From the IMG/VR virus record IMGVR_UViG_3300010403_000705, positions 310,001-374,000 of that record: DNA of 64,000 bases; one strand, 5' to 3'. The position numbers and the translations under genes are program-made. Shown in pieces: positions 9,430-19,297 of this stretch (position 1 is its first letter; every line of letters starts with the position of its first letter). Below the pieces are notes generated by a model. The model was given only the letters and a program-made list of their open reading frames with translations. It was not told where the DNA came from and did no database searches.

Positions 9430-9582
9430 TGTGCCAAGAGCTACATAAAGTTTCTAAGCCGTGTGGGTTCGAATCCCACTCTATACTAGTGTGGTATAGA
9501 TGGCAGGAAAAATAAAAGGGAGACGCTAAGATCATGGTGATCTTTGGTACGAAACTGATGTAGCATATTAGGGAGAGGCACA
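9430..9582 (+). ncRNA. Circularly permuted tRNA-like RNA (Y RNA/YrlA-like architecture)
   Basis: Order is T arm (GTGGG-TTCGAAT-CCCAC), acceptor stem closed by a loop (TCTATAC-TAGTGTG-GTATAGA), D arm, anticodon-like hairpin; 5' and 3' ends pair (TGTGCC/GGCACA, GCTACAT/ATGTAGC, GTTTC/GAAAC, GCC/GGT). Confidence 0.75.
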
Positions 9583-9770
9583 ATGAATCATTATCACTTT
9601 GCTTCTCCCAAAATTTTATATAATAATTTATGATTAAATTATTACTGTATTTGATTGGTAGAAGTCCTATACTATCTTCATTGTGGATAACAGTATATTT
9701 TTTTCTACTAAAATTGCGCAGGAAAAACCGGATTCGATCAAAACGTGAATCCTTTACCAAGAATAAACAA

Positions 9771-10397
9771 ATGAGTAAATATCCTATTAGATATCTTCCT
9801 GTTCCAGTCCGCGAAGCATTTACCCATAAGTTGTTAGGTGATGGTTACGTTAATATTTTACCTTATCAAGTAAAAATTCGTGGAGAAAAAGTATATACCT
9901 ATTATTCTCCGCCTAAAAATAATTGTACTACTTTTGTAGTAGAAGTAAATTTAGAAACAAAAGAATGTATAGTTCACACAGGTGAATATGGCGGGCAATA
10001 CGCTGAGCGTCTTCCAGATCGAGATAAAAAACAGCGTCCACTTGATAAAGGAAAAGCTATTATTAAGGGATATGTAGTTTCTAGTGGAAGAGCGTCCAAT
10101 TATCTTGCAGATGTGGAAGTATTATTTCATCCATCTCAAACTTTGAAACCTCTTCCAGAAGTAAAAATTGATGAAAGAGAGCGTCGGATTTTGTTTTGTT
10201 TTGGATCTCTGAAAGAAGGATTAGCCAGGCGTGAAGCTCTTCATCGTTTAAATGTATCTAAACCAGAACTTGAAGTTCTAGTCAATAGAGGTCTACTGAA
10301 GAAGATTGGTAATAGTCATGGTTTGACTATGATTGCTGAAGCAAATCGTCTTCCTCGCCCTGTCCACGGCGAAAAAGTAATTGTTGATCAATGGTAA
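9771..10397 (+). CDS. Hypothetical protein, paralog of downstream ORF, possible C-terminal winged helix
   Basis: KYPIRYLP...YTYY...HP...DERERRILFCFGSLKEG aligned by eye with the 10437 ORF; ATG at 9771 preferred. Confidence 0.6.
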   Translation: MSKYPIRYLPVPVREAFTHKLLGDGYVNILPYQVKIRGEKVYTYYSPPKNNCTTFVVEVNLETKECIVHTGEYGGQYAERLPDRDKKQRPLDKGKAIIKGYVVSSGRASNYLADVEVLFHPSQTLKPLPEVKIDERERRILFCFGSLKEGLARREALHRLNVSKPELEVLVNRGLLKKIGNSHGLTMIAEANRLPRPVHGEKVIVDQW

Positions 10398-10436
10398 ATT
10401 ATAATAAATAGTGTATTGAGAAAAGTGTCATAGACA

Positions 10437-11093
10437 ATGAAATATCCTATTCTTAGACTGCCCAAGCCAATTGCAGCCGCTCTTGAGTCAGAAATGCTGC
10501 GACGTCGTTATCATATACCTCATACTATCTCGGTCACTCCCAGCACCTCATACACTTATTATATGAAAGGTAGATCCAATAAAATTGGATGTGTGATTGA
10601 AGTATCTTTGCTTCTAAAGAAAAAAATAGATCCTACTGTACAACAAGGTCGTTTGCAATTTGAGAAAAGAGGATATGTTTTGGATTATATGCCTCTGTGG
10701 GGAGGATGGAATGGAGATATATCCTCTCATATTGGAGCAGTTAATTCAGACAAAACTATACGTATTTTGAATCCTGGAAATGCGGTTATTAAGTGTTACG
10801 TTGATAACCAAACACTATTTGCGGGAGGTGAAGTAATATTGCATCCTACAGATATGCCGCCGGCAATCTCAGAAGTTAGATTGTCAGATCGTGAACGTCT
10901 TATTGTGTTTATTTTTGGCAAACTAAAAGCAGGACCTGAGAGATTTTTAACTTTAGAAAAATTTAAAGTTTCTCAAGAAGAAATCAATAATTTAGTCAAA
11001 AGAAAAGTTATCAAACCTACTAAAAATGGATATGTAATCACTGTTACAGGTTTGGCTGCTCGATCTGATAATCCTAAAATAGATAGATGGTAA
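10437..11093 (+). CDS. Hypothetical protein, paralog of upstream ORF
   Basis: KYPILRLP...YTYY...HP...SDRERLIVFIFGKLKAG; both end D-x-W. Confidence 0.6.
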   Translation: MKYPILRLPKPIAAALESEMLRRRYHIPHTISVTPSTSYTYYMKGRSNKIGCVIEVSLLLKKKIDPTVQQGRLQFEKRGYVLDYMPLWGGWNGDISSHIGAVNSDKTIRILNPGNAVIKCYVDNQTLFAGGEVILHPTDMPPAISEVRLSDRERLIVFIFGKLKAGPERFLTLEKFKVSQEEINNLVKRKVIKPTKNGYVITVTGLAARSDNPKIDRW

Positions 11094-11952
11094 TATTATA
11101 TGAAGCGTATTTTAATGATAGATGATACTTATCGCAACCTAGTAGATGCGTTGGTAGAATTAGAGGTTCTATTAACCATCGAAAAATCTTCAGATGATAA
11201 AGTAAAAAGACTACTTTCCATAATTAAGTTAGCACAAGATGTTAATGTTATAGAACAAGGATAAGATCATGTCTGATAATGCTAAGCAAGATCCTCGTAC
11301 GACACATTTATTACCGCCCGCAAATCTTCATGTATCCGATCGTGATTGGTATTCATCACCTGCACCCACCCCATCATTGAGCGGTCCTCCTACAGTACAG
11401 TCTAGTAAATCTTCTACAAGCTATCTAGCTGCTTATGGAAATAATTATCGTAGCTATAATTCATTAGTTAACCAAAACTATTGGAGTAGATATATAGGTA
11501 TTTTTACAAAGGATGGTAAGAGTAAATTCGGGAAGATTATTACTCAACTTTCATTAGAAGATTGGGCAAAAGAAAATGGATATACCATCGTCAAATTTAC
11601 TAGACTTTTTGGTTCTATAAATCCTGAGAAAGAAAAGACAGAATTTAGTACCGGAACTTCTATGGACGATGTATGAAGTCAACAATTGATGATAGTGATA
11701 TAGGGACATATTCAACTCCACAAGAGTGGCTCGAATTATATAAGGGCACTGCTCCAGAATGTGCTCAAATGGCAACTTGGTTAGCTATCGAAATGGCGGG
11801 ACGACACATTCAATTAAAAATGGATCATGGTTTAGATTCCAGTGAATGGTCTTTATATTGCCAGGTCCTACCATCAATTCCAGGTCTTAAGACAGATCCG
11901 AACAGGAAAGAAATTCCTCGTCTTGTTAAAAGATATTTATCGGAGTATTAAG

Positions 11953-12519
11953 ATGAGAGAGACTATTTTAGTTGGGTCTACTAGTCCACATAAAGTTTTT
12001 GGTACGGATCTTGCTACTAAAACTATACCATTTCTTGATGCGTATGTAACAGGTTCTTCTACTAACAGTGGTGTTAGTGATCAACCGTATGGTATAAAAG
12101 AAATTTTATTAGGAGCCCATAATCGCGCCAATGCAGTTTGGAGATTAGGGATAGTAGCTATTGGAATTGAAAGTGGATTGATAGAAATACCTAATCTTTC
12201 ATTCTGGAAGAGATTATTAGCTAGAATTCCATGTTTAGGCGATAGATATCGCAAACAGATTATTTATTGCTGTATGACAGTAGTTGTAGCTATTGATCAT
12301 AGTGGTAATGTACATTATGCGATTTCCAATGGAATGCAATTCCCCACAGATGCTGTGTTAACTGCGCGGCAACAAAATACTACTGTAGGTAAAGTTCTAG
12401 CTGCTAAGTATGGTGGAGATCATACTGATCCTCGAAGAATAATATCTTCAGGATTCGTTTGTCGTCAGGATTCAATCACTGAAGCAGTCAAATTAGTTCT
12501 TTTTAGAATTTTTAAATAG
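11953..12519 (+). CDS. yjjX: YjjX/DUF84-like non-canonical purine NTPase (ITPase/XTPase)
   Basis: VGSTSPHKV, SGVSDQP.G..E...GA.NRA, GIESG, TVG. Confidence 0.75.
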   Translation: MRETILVGSTSPHKVFGTDLATKTIPFLDAYVTGSSTNSGVSDQPYGIKEILLGAHNRANAVWRLGIVAIGIESGLIEIPNLSFWKRLLARIPCLGDRYRKQIIYCCMTVVVAIDHSGNVHYAISNGMQFPTDAVLTARQQNTTVGKVLAAKYGGDHTDPRRIISSGFVCRQDSITEAVKLVLFRIFK

Positions 12520-12543
12520 CATAACTATAATAGGATAAATTTC

Positions 12544-13218
12544 ATGAAGGCGATTTTTGAGGGTAGCGCAACAGATATAAGAGCCGTTTTGGTGGACCAA
12601 AACGCTAGTTATAATGAGGGTCGCGCTCAACTTCGAATTGAAAATCTTGAGGCAGAGCTGGTTCTTTTAAAAGAACAAACAGCTTTTTACAAAAAAGAAA
12701 TAGAGGATGCAGATCGTTTAGTAGCTTCGCACGAAAAAAAGATGACAGAAACACTTAATGTCTGTCATGCTACTAAAGCTGAATTAGTAGTCAAAAATTC
12801 TCGTATTGCTGCTTTAGAAGCTGAGGTACAAAAATTACAATATGAAGTACGCTCACTACGTGGAAAAACTCTAGAGTCATCAAAAATCCCAACATTAAGC
12901 CCAATGCAAGAAGCAGAAGTTGAAGCAGTGTTTCAAGACACGCTTCGTGAGCATAGCATCAAGCCATTGGTATTTGCATCTGCTGCACAAGAGGGTCGAG
13001 AGATAACGGCAGAATCATTAGTGACAACTATTTTTACTGTGTTAGGAAATGGTAATAGAGTAGGCGCTATTAAAGAAATTAGAGCAGCTACTGGTATAAC
13101 CTTATTTAAAGCGCGTGATTTAATAGATAATGCTTTACGACGCTTTGGATGTAACACTGATGAAAGAGGAATGATATTATCCGCTCCATCAATTACTATC
13201 TCTGAAAAGAATACTTAA
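12544..13218 (+). CDS. Coiled-coil protein with C-terminal ribosomal protein bL12 CTD-like domain
   Basis: Heptad-rich N-terminal half; NRVGAIKEIRAATGITLFKARDLID matches the L7/L12 CTD pattern KI.AIK.VR..TGLGLKEAK.LVD. Confidence 0.65.
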   Translation: MKAIFEGSATDIRAVLVDQNASYNEGRAQLRIENLEAELVLLKEQTAFYKKEIEDADRLVASHEKKMTETLNVCHATKAELVVKNSRIAALEAEVQKLQYEVRSLRGKTLESSKIPTLSPMQEAEVEAVFQDTLREHSIKPLVFASAAQEGREITAESLVTTIFTVLGNGNRVGAIKEIRAATGITLFKARDLIDNALRRFGCNTDERGMILSAPSITISEKNT

Positions 13219-13251
13219 TTTAAGTACCCGCTCTTGCTGTTCTTAATAAAG

Positions 13252-13559
13252 TTGGTGGCAGGTATTAGTTATTGTAAAGATGTTGGCATATGTAAACTAT
13301 AGCGCCGGCATTAAGCAATATGTTCGTGCGGTAACATACAGAAATTCTCTAGCTTTGAGAAAAACAATATAGTTACATTTAGCAGCCAGTAAACTCATGA
13401 CTTAGTTTATCAGTAATGCTAAGTGTTTAATCTAGGAGATGAAAGGGTATTTCTGTCTAGTCATATGTAAGAAGAAATGAGTCCAAAATAAAATACGTTG
13501 CATCAATTGAGATGATGATATTTAATATCATGCAGGTGCGATATTTGCCAACGTACCAA
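13252..13559 (+). ncRNA. Putative structured non-coding RNA abutting a tRNA-like gene
   Basis: ORF-free; closing helix TTGGT-GGCAGGTAT / ATATTTGCC..ACCAA; internal stems ATGTAA..CTATA/TATAGTTACAT, TATGTT/AACATA, TTCTC/GAGAA, TAAACT/AGTTTA. Confidence 0.45.
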
Positions 13560-13561
13560 AT

Positions 13562-13651
13562 GCCGAATTAGTACAATGAAAATGTCTATGCGCAAAGACT
13601 AAGTACGCCACTCATAAAGCGGTAATTTGGGTTTGATTCCCGAGTTCGGCT
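13562..13651 (+). tRNA. Aberrant tRNA-like gene with expanded D-loop; anticodon ambiguous (CTCATAA present, possibly Met/Ile2-derived)
   Basis: Acceptor GCCGAAT/GTTCGGC; D stem GTAC/GTAC with 28-nt loop containing a GTCT/AGAC hairpin; imperfect anticodon stem; T arm TTGGG-TTTGATT-CCCGA; ends T-CTA. Confidence 0.6.
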
Positions 13652-13739
13652 CTATCTGCAATTGCTACCCATCAATCAACACTAAATGATTAGATTTGTA
13701 GAAATCAATTGAAACACTTAACATAAGGAAAATATAAAC

Positions 13740-14393
13740 GTGAGCACTGAGAATACAACCAAGACTCGACAAATGACACCCAAGTGGTTCTTATCCCTTG
13801 CCTCTAGGAATGGAAGTAAGAGTGCGGAAAACTTTCTTGCCACTCACAGAAATTGGCTGGAGAATAGTGTGTTAGCGAGTGAGGTAGCCCCTATCTTGGC
13901 TCAGATTGATTCAAGGAATTTATTTCCCACTCCTGGTCTTGACGCTATTTTACATGTTGTTCTTGGTTATATGATGACTGAGGATCTGATTAAAGCACAA
14001 GGACAATTAAAACGTTCATCAGAAGTAAAAACGGATAAGCCTTATGTAGCTAGGATTATGACTAGTGAAGGACAGCCAGTTACAGTTCTTGATGAAAAGA
14101 AGAACCCCAAACATCTTCATGCATCTTTTGAACATTTGCAAGAAGCTGATCGTTGGTGCCAACGGCGTCTTAATGAGGGTACTGAAGGTTGGTATGGAGA
14201 AATTACCTGGACAAAGGTTATCACTAAGAGTGGTACGCCGATGGTTACCAAGGTAAATCGAAATGATGCTATTCAAGCTTTATCTACTAAAACAAAAAGC
14301 CCCTTCATGCATTACAATAAGGTAGGCGGCGGCGGTCGTTTGAGTAATCGTATGTCGGTTGGTCAAACTCACGTACGATTTTCTCGTGGTTAA
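13740..14393 (+). CDS. Hypothetical protein
   Basis: 217-aa ORF, GTG start with AAGGA RBS. Confidence 0.55.
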   Translation: MSTENTTKTRQMTPKWFLSLASRNGSKSAENFLATHRNWLENSVLASEVAPILAQIDSRNLFPTPGLDAILHVVLGYMMTEDLIKAQGQLKRSSEVKTDKPYVARIMTSEGQPVTVLDEKKNPKHLHASFEHLQEADRWCQRRLNEGTEGWYGEITWTKVITKSGTPMVTKVNRNDAIQALSTKTKSPFMHYNKVGGGGRLSNRMSVGQTHVRFSRG

Positions 14394-14749
14394 ATGTTAT
14401 CAAATTCAAATAGAAGCTTTGCATGATCTACCTCATTGGTATGCTTTCATGCAAAGCTTCTATGGATCTATTGTATATAACAAAATTAAATCACGATCTG
14501 GAGTAAAACATTATTCTAGTCCATATGAAGCATTTGCTTCTCCTAGTGGCTGGAGCGGTAATGATCCATGCCGTTGGATGTTAATGATTTCATATGATAG
14601 AGATATTTGGACTCAAGCAGAGTTAGATAGGTGGCGAGAGCATCTACAAAACTATATAGATAAACATCGTGTAGGTTTGGTAGGGTATTATATATATCCC
14701 GTTTATTTGCCTGAGAGTACCGTTAATTTTTTGTAAGTAATATAAGATA

Positions 14750-15136
14750 ATGAATGAAATTAAAGATTTGATTGGTTTACACATCAATCGTGCAATGTAT
14801 AATGGCACAAACATTTTCCTGGATACCGATCAAGGAATTGTTATGTTGGAACCTTATGGTCAATGTTGTGCATATTGTTTTATACAACATGTAAGTATCG
14901 CATATGCTCTAATAAATTCAGATATTATTAGTGTGAAAGATATAACATTTTTCCAACCAATCGACGCATTATTTTCAAATCAAACAATTGAAGTGTGGGG
15001 ACATAGTATTGATACAACTAAAGGCTCCTGCACTATTGAGATGCGAGTTGAACATAATGGATATTATGGAGGCTCATTGAATGTTAGTTTTGTGGAAAAG
15101 ATTCCGCAAGACTCAAAACCTCTTGAAGATTTTTAA
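14750..15136 (+). CDS. Conserved-type phage hypothetical protein
   Basis: CC..C motif and C-terminal HNGYYGG motif. Confidence 0.55.
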   Translation: MNEIKDLIGLHINRAMYNGTNIFLDTDQGIVMLEPYGQCCAYCFIQHVSIAYALINSDIISVKDITFFQPIDALFSNQTIEVWGHSIDTTKGSCTIEMRVEHNGYYGGSLNVSFVEKIPQDSKPLEDF

Positions 15137-15350
15137 CCTTGTATATTCTAGGAGTATTATTTCCATGCCATTCCATTTTTGTATGGATGAATTATTTATG
15201 ATTATGGCTATGCTTCCTTTTATGGGAGCAGCCTTTCGCAAAGTCCACTCTTGGTATCATACTAAATTCGAACACCATAGCCACCCACAATAAGAAAATA
15301 ATCTGTTTTATCATTTAACTTAAAACATCTTCTTACCTTTAGTTTATAAT

Positions 15351-16286
15351 ATGAAATACATTACAACTGCAAGTATCAGTGGTTTTTCTTTTGATGTTGG
15401 ATCTGATTGGCATTTGCCACCTGATAGATTAGAAGTTTTGAATTCTTTCCCTGATCATATTAAGTCACAACAAGGATCAGATATTTTATTCTGTGTGGGA
15501 GATGTAATCGAAACCTCTGATGGTCTTAATTCAAGCGCCCATATTAGTAAACTACTTGATGGTTTATCTGACTTATATAAGGTTATTATTTTTACTCCAG
15601 GCAATCATGATCTGCGTGGTAGAAATAATCCTTGGTCCGACTTTGCTAATTTGCCAAAAAACGTGTATACCACATCAACTAACAGCTATGGATATCGTGT
15701 CTTAGATCTTTATGATCTGCACAAAGATCTTCCAAATTTGCGCATTTTGGTTGCTGATCTTTTCTATGATATGAAATTTTTAAATCCATCCATTTTAGAT
15801 ATTTCTGATGGTGAATTGATTGCACAATATCGTGAGTCGAATGATGGCAAGCACTTTCTTAATGGAGATATTGCAAATTTCAGTCATATGGCGCATCATG
15901 TTCGTGTCCGTTTGGATTCGTCTATTGATATGTTAGTAACGCACTCATTACCTCATCCTTCTTTGGTTACATTTAGAGTAGCTCAAATAACTGAAGAAAT
16001 TGAAGAAAAACAGAAGATTTTGGGCATTCCGTTTATTTGTGATCCTGATCATGATACACAAGAAGCTTCACGTTGGAACAGTACGCCAGAGCGTTATAGG
16101 CAATGGTGGAATATCAAATCTTTTTTCATGGGTAGTGATGTATTAAGCACTACTAATTTCAAGGATGGTTTGATTTGTGTTTATGGGCACAATCATCGAA
16201 GTAATCAATCACCAGCTATTATTAATAATAAGAAGGTGCATTTTGTTTCTCACCAGCCCTGTCCTTGGAAAACTAATTATCAATGA
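15351..16286 (+). CDS. Calcineurin-like metallophosphoesterase
   Basis: SDWH, GD, PGNHD, THS, GHNH motifs. Confidence 0.8.
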   Translation: MKYITTASISGFSFDVGSDWHLPPDRLEVLNSFPDHIKSQQGSDILFCVGDVIETSDGLNSSAHISKLLDGLSDLYKVIIFTPGNHDLRGRNNPWSDFANLPKNVYTTSTNSYGYRVLDLYDLHKDLPNLRILVADLFYDMKFLNPSILDISDGELIAQYRESNDGKHFLNGDIANFSHMAHHVRVRLDSSIDMLVTHSLPHPSLVTFRVAQITEEIEEKQKILGIPFICDPDHDTQEASRWNSTPERYRQWWNIKSFFMGSDVLSTTNFKDGLICVYGHNHRSNQSPAIINNKKVHFVSHQPCPWKTNYQ

Positions 16287-16490
16287 TATGTAGTGATGAC
16301 TGTCCCTGCAAAGCATCTGGAGATCCGAATGCGTGGCAACATAGTAATGAAGGACATTGTTTTGAATGTTGTAATGACTGTCCTAATAAAGCCGTAATGA
16401 ATCCAGAGATATGTTCCAGGGGTAATATTTCTAATTGGCAACGTGATTGTAATTTTTATTATAAAGATGGATTATGGAAAAGGTATGGTT

Positions 16491-16859
16491 ATGATGAGTA
16501 AAATTTTTGTTTACGGATCTCTTCGACAAGGCGGAGGTTTACATGAATGCTTGGCTACTTCCAAATATCTGAATACCGTTCGTACTAAACCAGAGTATAA
16601 ACTTTATTCACTTGGAGCATTCCCCGGCTTAGTAGCTGGTGGAACTACAGCCGTGGTTGGAGAAGTTTACGATGTAACGCCAGAAGTGCTGGCTCGATTG
16701 GATCGAGTTGAAGGTCATCCTAATTTTTATTGTCGTACGACAATTATCTTACAAGATGATACGGAAGTACAAGCGTATTTACTTCCTAATAATATTCATT
16801 GGTCTAATAATCTGATTGATTCAGGTGACTGGATTGAGTTTTGTGGAGCACGAAGGTAA
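16491..16859 (+). CDS. Gamma-glutamylcyclotransferase (AIG2/YtfP-like)
   Basis: IFVYGSLRQG...FPGL...VVGEVY...LARLDRVEG...Y.R...SGDW. Confidence 0.88.
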   Translation: MMSKIFVYGSLRQGGGLHECLATSKYLNTVRTKPEYKLYSLGAFPGLVAGGTTAVVGEVYDVTPEVLARLDRVEGHPNFYCRTTIILQDDTEVQAYLLPNNIHWSNNLIDSGDWIEFCGARR

Positions 16860-17365
16860 TATGTGGTTTGCAATAATTTATGTTATTGGTATGGGTGGTG
16901 GGTTTATTCTTGCTGCTATCAAGAAAGGTAAGTGGTGGGCAGAAAAATCCGGTGAGGATAATTTGTTACCCTACAAAGATATATTTGGCGACGATTCTTA
17001 TAGTAAGAGCGAATACATACCAGTAATGATGGTGTTGTTATGGTGGCTAGCGTTTATAGTATTGCTGGTAACTTGTTTAGTAAAAGCACTATTATTTTGC
17101 TCGGATAAACTAGTCATCGCTATAGAATACGCCAGTGAACGAATTGCAAATTTTAAAGTAAATAAAAAGAAAATTCATTCAGTTATTCGGGAAGGTTATC
17201 GAACTCCGGGAGCTAAGCCTTGTGTTGCTTGTGGCGCTCACACCAGCAACATGCAAGAATAATTAGATTAATAGATCATATTACTATTCATCAAGTTTCA
17301 TACAACCCATCAGCAAAAGTTGATTGAACATTTAACGATTCTAAATAATAGAAAGATAAAAATTT

Positions 17366-18091
17366 ATGTGTGGTATTTCAGGATTTACAGGTGTAAAAAA
17401 TCTTAATACTCGTGTCAAGTTAATCAAAGGTTTTGGACCTAGTATTGATCGCAGGGGATATGCGGCTGCCGGATTCGTTACTTCTAATGAAGCGGGAGAG
17501 ATAACTTTTCAAAGAAAAGTTCTTGGTTGGACAAGAGCTGATGAAGAATTTATTCTAGCGGCTGCTTCTGGTGATATGTGTATGATGCATTCACGAGGTC
17601 CTTGGACCTCAGTAGACACTGATGCTCATCCGTTTCCTGTTTCTAGAGATGGAAAAATTGTATTGTGGGGCGCTCATAATGGAGAGCTTGATCAAGCATG
17701 GGAAAGTGCTCGTCATCATAATAGAGATATTACCGTTGATAGTATGGAACTTTTTGAATTGATCGCTGATGCTCAATATAATCAGCTAAATACCATGTAT
17801 GGTTGGGGAGTAGCTGAATGGGTAGAAGCTAGCTCGCCACGTCAAGTTAAATTAGCTTGTATTTCTGACTATGCGGATTTAGTAGCTGTGTCTTTGGTAG
17901 GTGGAGGTGCAGCGTGGGCTAGCACTATGGATATTCTTAAAATTGGTCTAACCAATGCTGGTTTATCAATTAAAGAACATTATCCAATTCTAGGAAATAC
18001 TGGACGCGTCTTTGTTGCAAATGAAGAGGGTATCTTTCCAACCGAAGATACGCGAGTCTATACAAAAAATCAAATGGCATTTTGGAAATAA
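17366..18091 (+). CDS. Class II (Ntn) glutamine amidotransferase, paralog A
   Basis: N-terminal MCGI, RRG, HSR, AHPF, AHNG, VDS. Confidence 0.8.
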   Translation: MCGISGFTGVKNLNTRVKLIKGFGPSIDRRGYAAAGFVTSNEAGEITFQRKVLGWTRADEEFILAAASGDMCMMHSRGPWTSVDTDAHPFPVSRDGKIVLWGAHNGELDQAWESARHHNRDITVDSMELFELIADAQYNQLNTMYGWGVAEWVEASSPRQVKLACISDYADLVAVSLVGGGAAWASTMDILKIGLTNAGLSIKEHYPILGNTGRVFVANEEGIFPTEDTRVYTKNQMAFWK

Positions 18092-18309
18092 AGAAAATGA
18101 CAACTATGGCTTCATTTCAAGAGAAGTTTGCTATTAAACTTGACACTAATAGCAGAGTTATGTGTAATTATAAAAAGGAAGGTATGCCGGCTTGCAATTG
18201 TTGCAATCCAATCATGCCATGTTCTTCTAGCTCTGGTATATGTGAAGATTGTTTTCAATGGTTAAAAAACCCCAGTGAATAAATAATATCACATAAAGGA
18301 ATGTAATAG

Positions 18310-19293
18310 ATGGATAGGCGTGAATATAATGTTGTTTGTAGATTCTCTAATGGTCGTCTTCATAATGAACTATGGACGTTTGAAGGACTAGAAGATAAAA
18401 GTACACAAGCAATAAGAGAATGTCTATCCATCTATGAAAAATATGATCCTCAAGATGTTCCTATTGTCTTAGGTGTAGAATGCCTTCCAAGCAGGGATTT
18501 AAATATTGATTTTCAACTTCTAAAAGATATGTCATATATCCGATCAATTTGTGATTTGGGTAGAAAAATTAGAGCTACTAATAATCTAGCAGTTAGACAG
18601 CCATTAAGTGTAGGTTATGTATATTTTTCAGATTATGCTACACGCTCTAGTTGTCAGTCTAGAAGATATATAAGAGAAATGGGTGATCTTATTGAAAAAG
18701 AATTGAACATTAATGAAATCATTTTTATTAATGATGTAGGTGATAATTCTTTATTTGATGTCATCTTAAAACCAAATTTCCGATCTTTGGGTCCTAAAGG
18801 ATATGGTAAATTAGCACAACCCGTAAAAAAGTTAATGGAACAACTTCCAACGTTTATGAGTAATAGTTTATATGAAAGACTATTACTAGGACCTATTAAT
18901 GACTTTGGTTTTCCTATTTCTCTAGAAGATGTAGAAGTAGGTCTCAAACCTAAGGAAGGCTTAAAATCATTGTCCAATGATTGTGGTGCTATCATTCTGG
19001 ATACTAGAATCTCTCCTCTCATGAAAAGAAAAGGATTGGTTTATAATGTGAAATCTTGCATTCAACAATGTAGGCGTGCTTTAAATCTTGACCTACAAGA
19101 TTATGTGAATATGACTTTATATTCTAGAGACGCAGATCTTGTATTTGGTGTAGAAGAATTCTCACATTTCCTTAAAAATGAATGTTTAATTGATGTTTTA
19201 AATTGTTATGATCAACCAAATGTTTTAAATTTAATGGATGATTCAAGTTCTTTTGTTTTTGATACATTCTGCATTCATATGAAAAGGATTTAA
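18310..19293 (+). CDS. Stand-alone C-terminal region of type-2 isoleucyl-tRNA synthetase (no catalytic domain)
   Basis: LGRKIR...AVRQPL, ELNINEI, LKPNFRSLGPK.YGK, LDT.I...G....S.IQ..RR..L...D; no HIGH or KMSKS. Confidence 0.75.
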   Translation: MDRREYNVVCRFSNGRLHNELWTFEGLEDKSTQAIRECLSIYEKYDPQDVPIVLGVECLPSRDLNIDFQLLKDMSYIRSICDLGRKIRATNNLAVRQPLSVGYVYFSDYATRSSCQSRRYIREMGDLIEKELNINEIIFINDVGDNSLFDVILKPNFRSLGPKGYGKLAQPVKKLMEQLPTFMSNSLYERLLLGPINDFGFPISLEDVEVGLKPKEGLKSLSNDCGAIILDTRISPLMKRKGLVYNVKSCIQQCRRALNLDLQDYVNMTLYSRDADLVFGVEEFSHFLKNECLIDVLNCYDQPNVLNLMDDSSSFVFDTFCIHMKRI

Positions 19294-19297
19294 TTAA

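Noticed and set aside
9430-9582. Two-piece permuted tmRNA
   Set aside because: Acceptor pair 3-70 is A-U, there is no CCA after the discriminator, and there is no mRNA-like domain
8133-9760. Minus-strand ORFs 8133-8507, 8279-8467 and 9398-9760
   Set aside because: No recognisable motifs, against the local gene direction, and overlapping RNA structures that explain the sequence better
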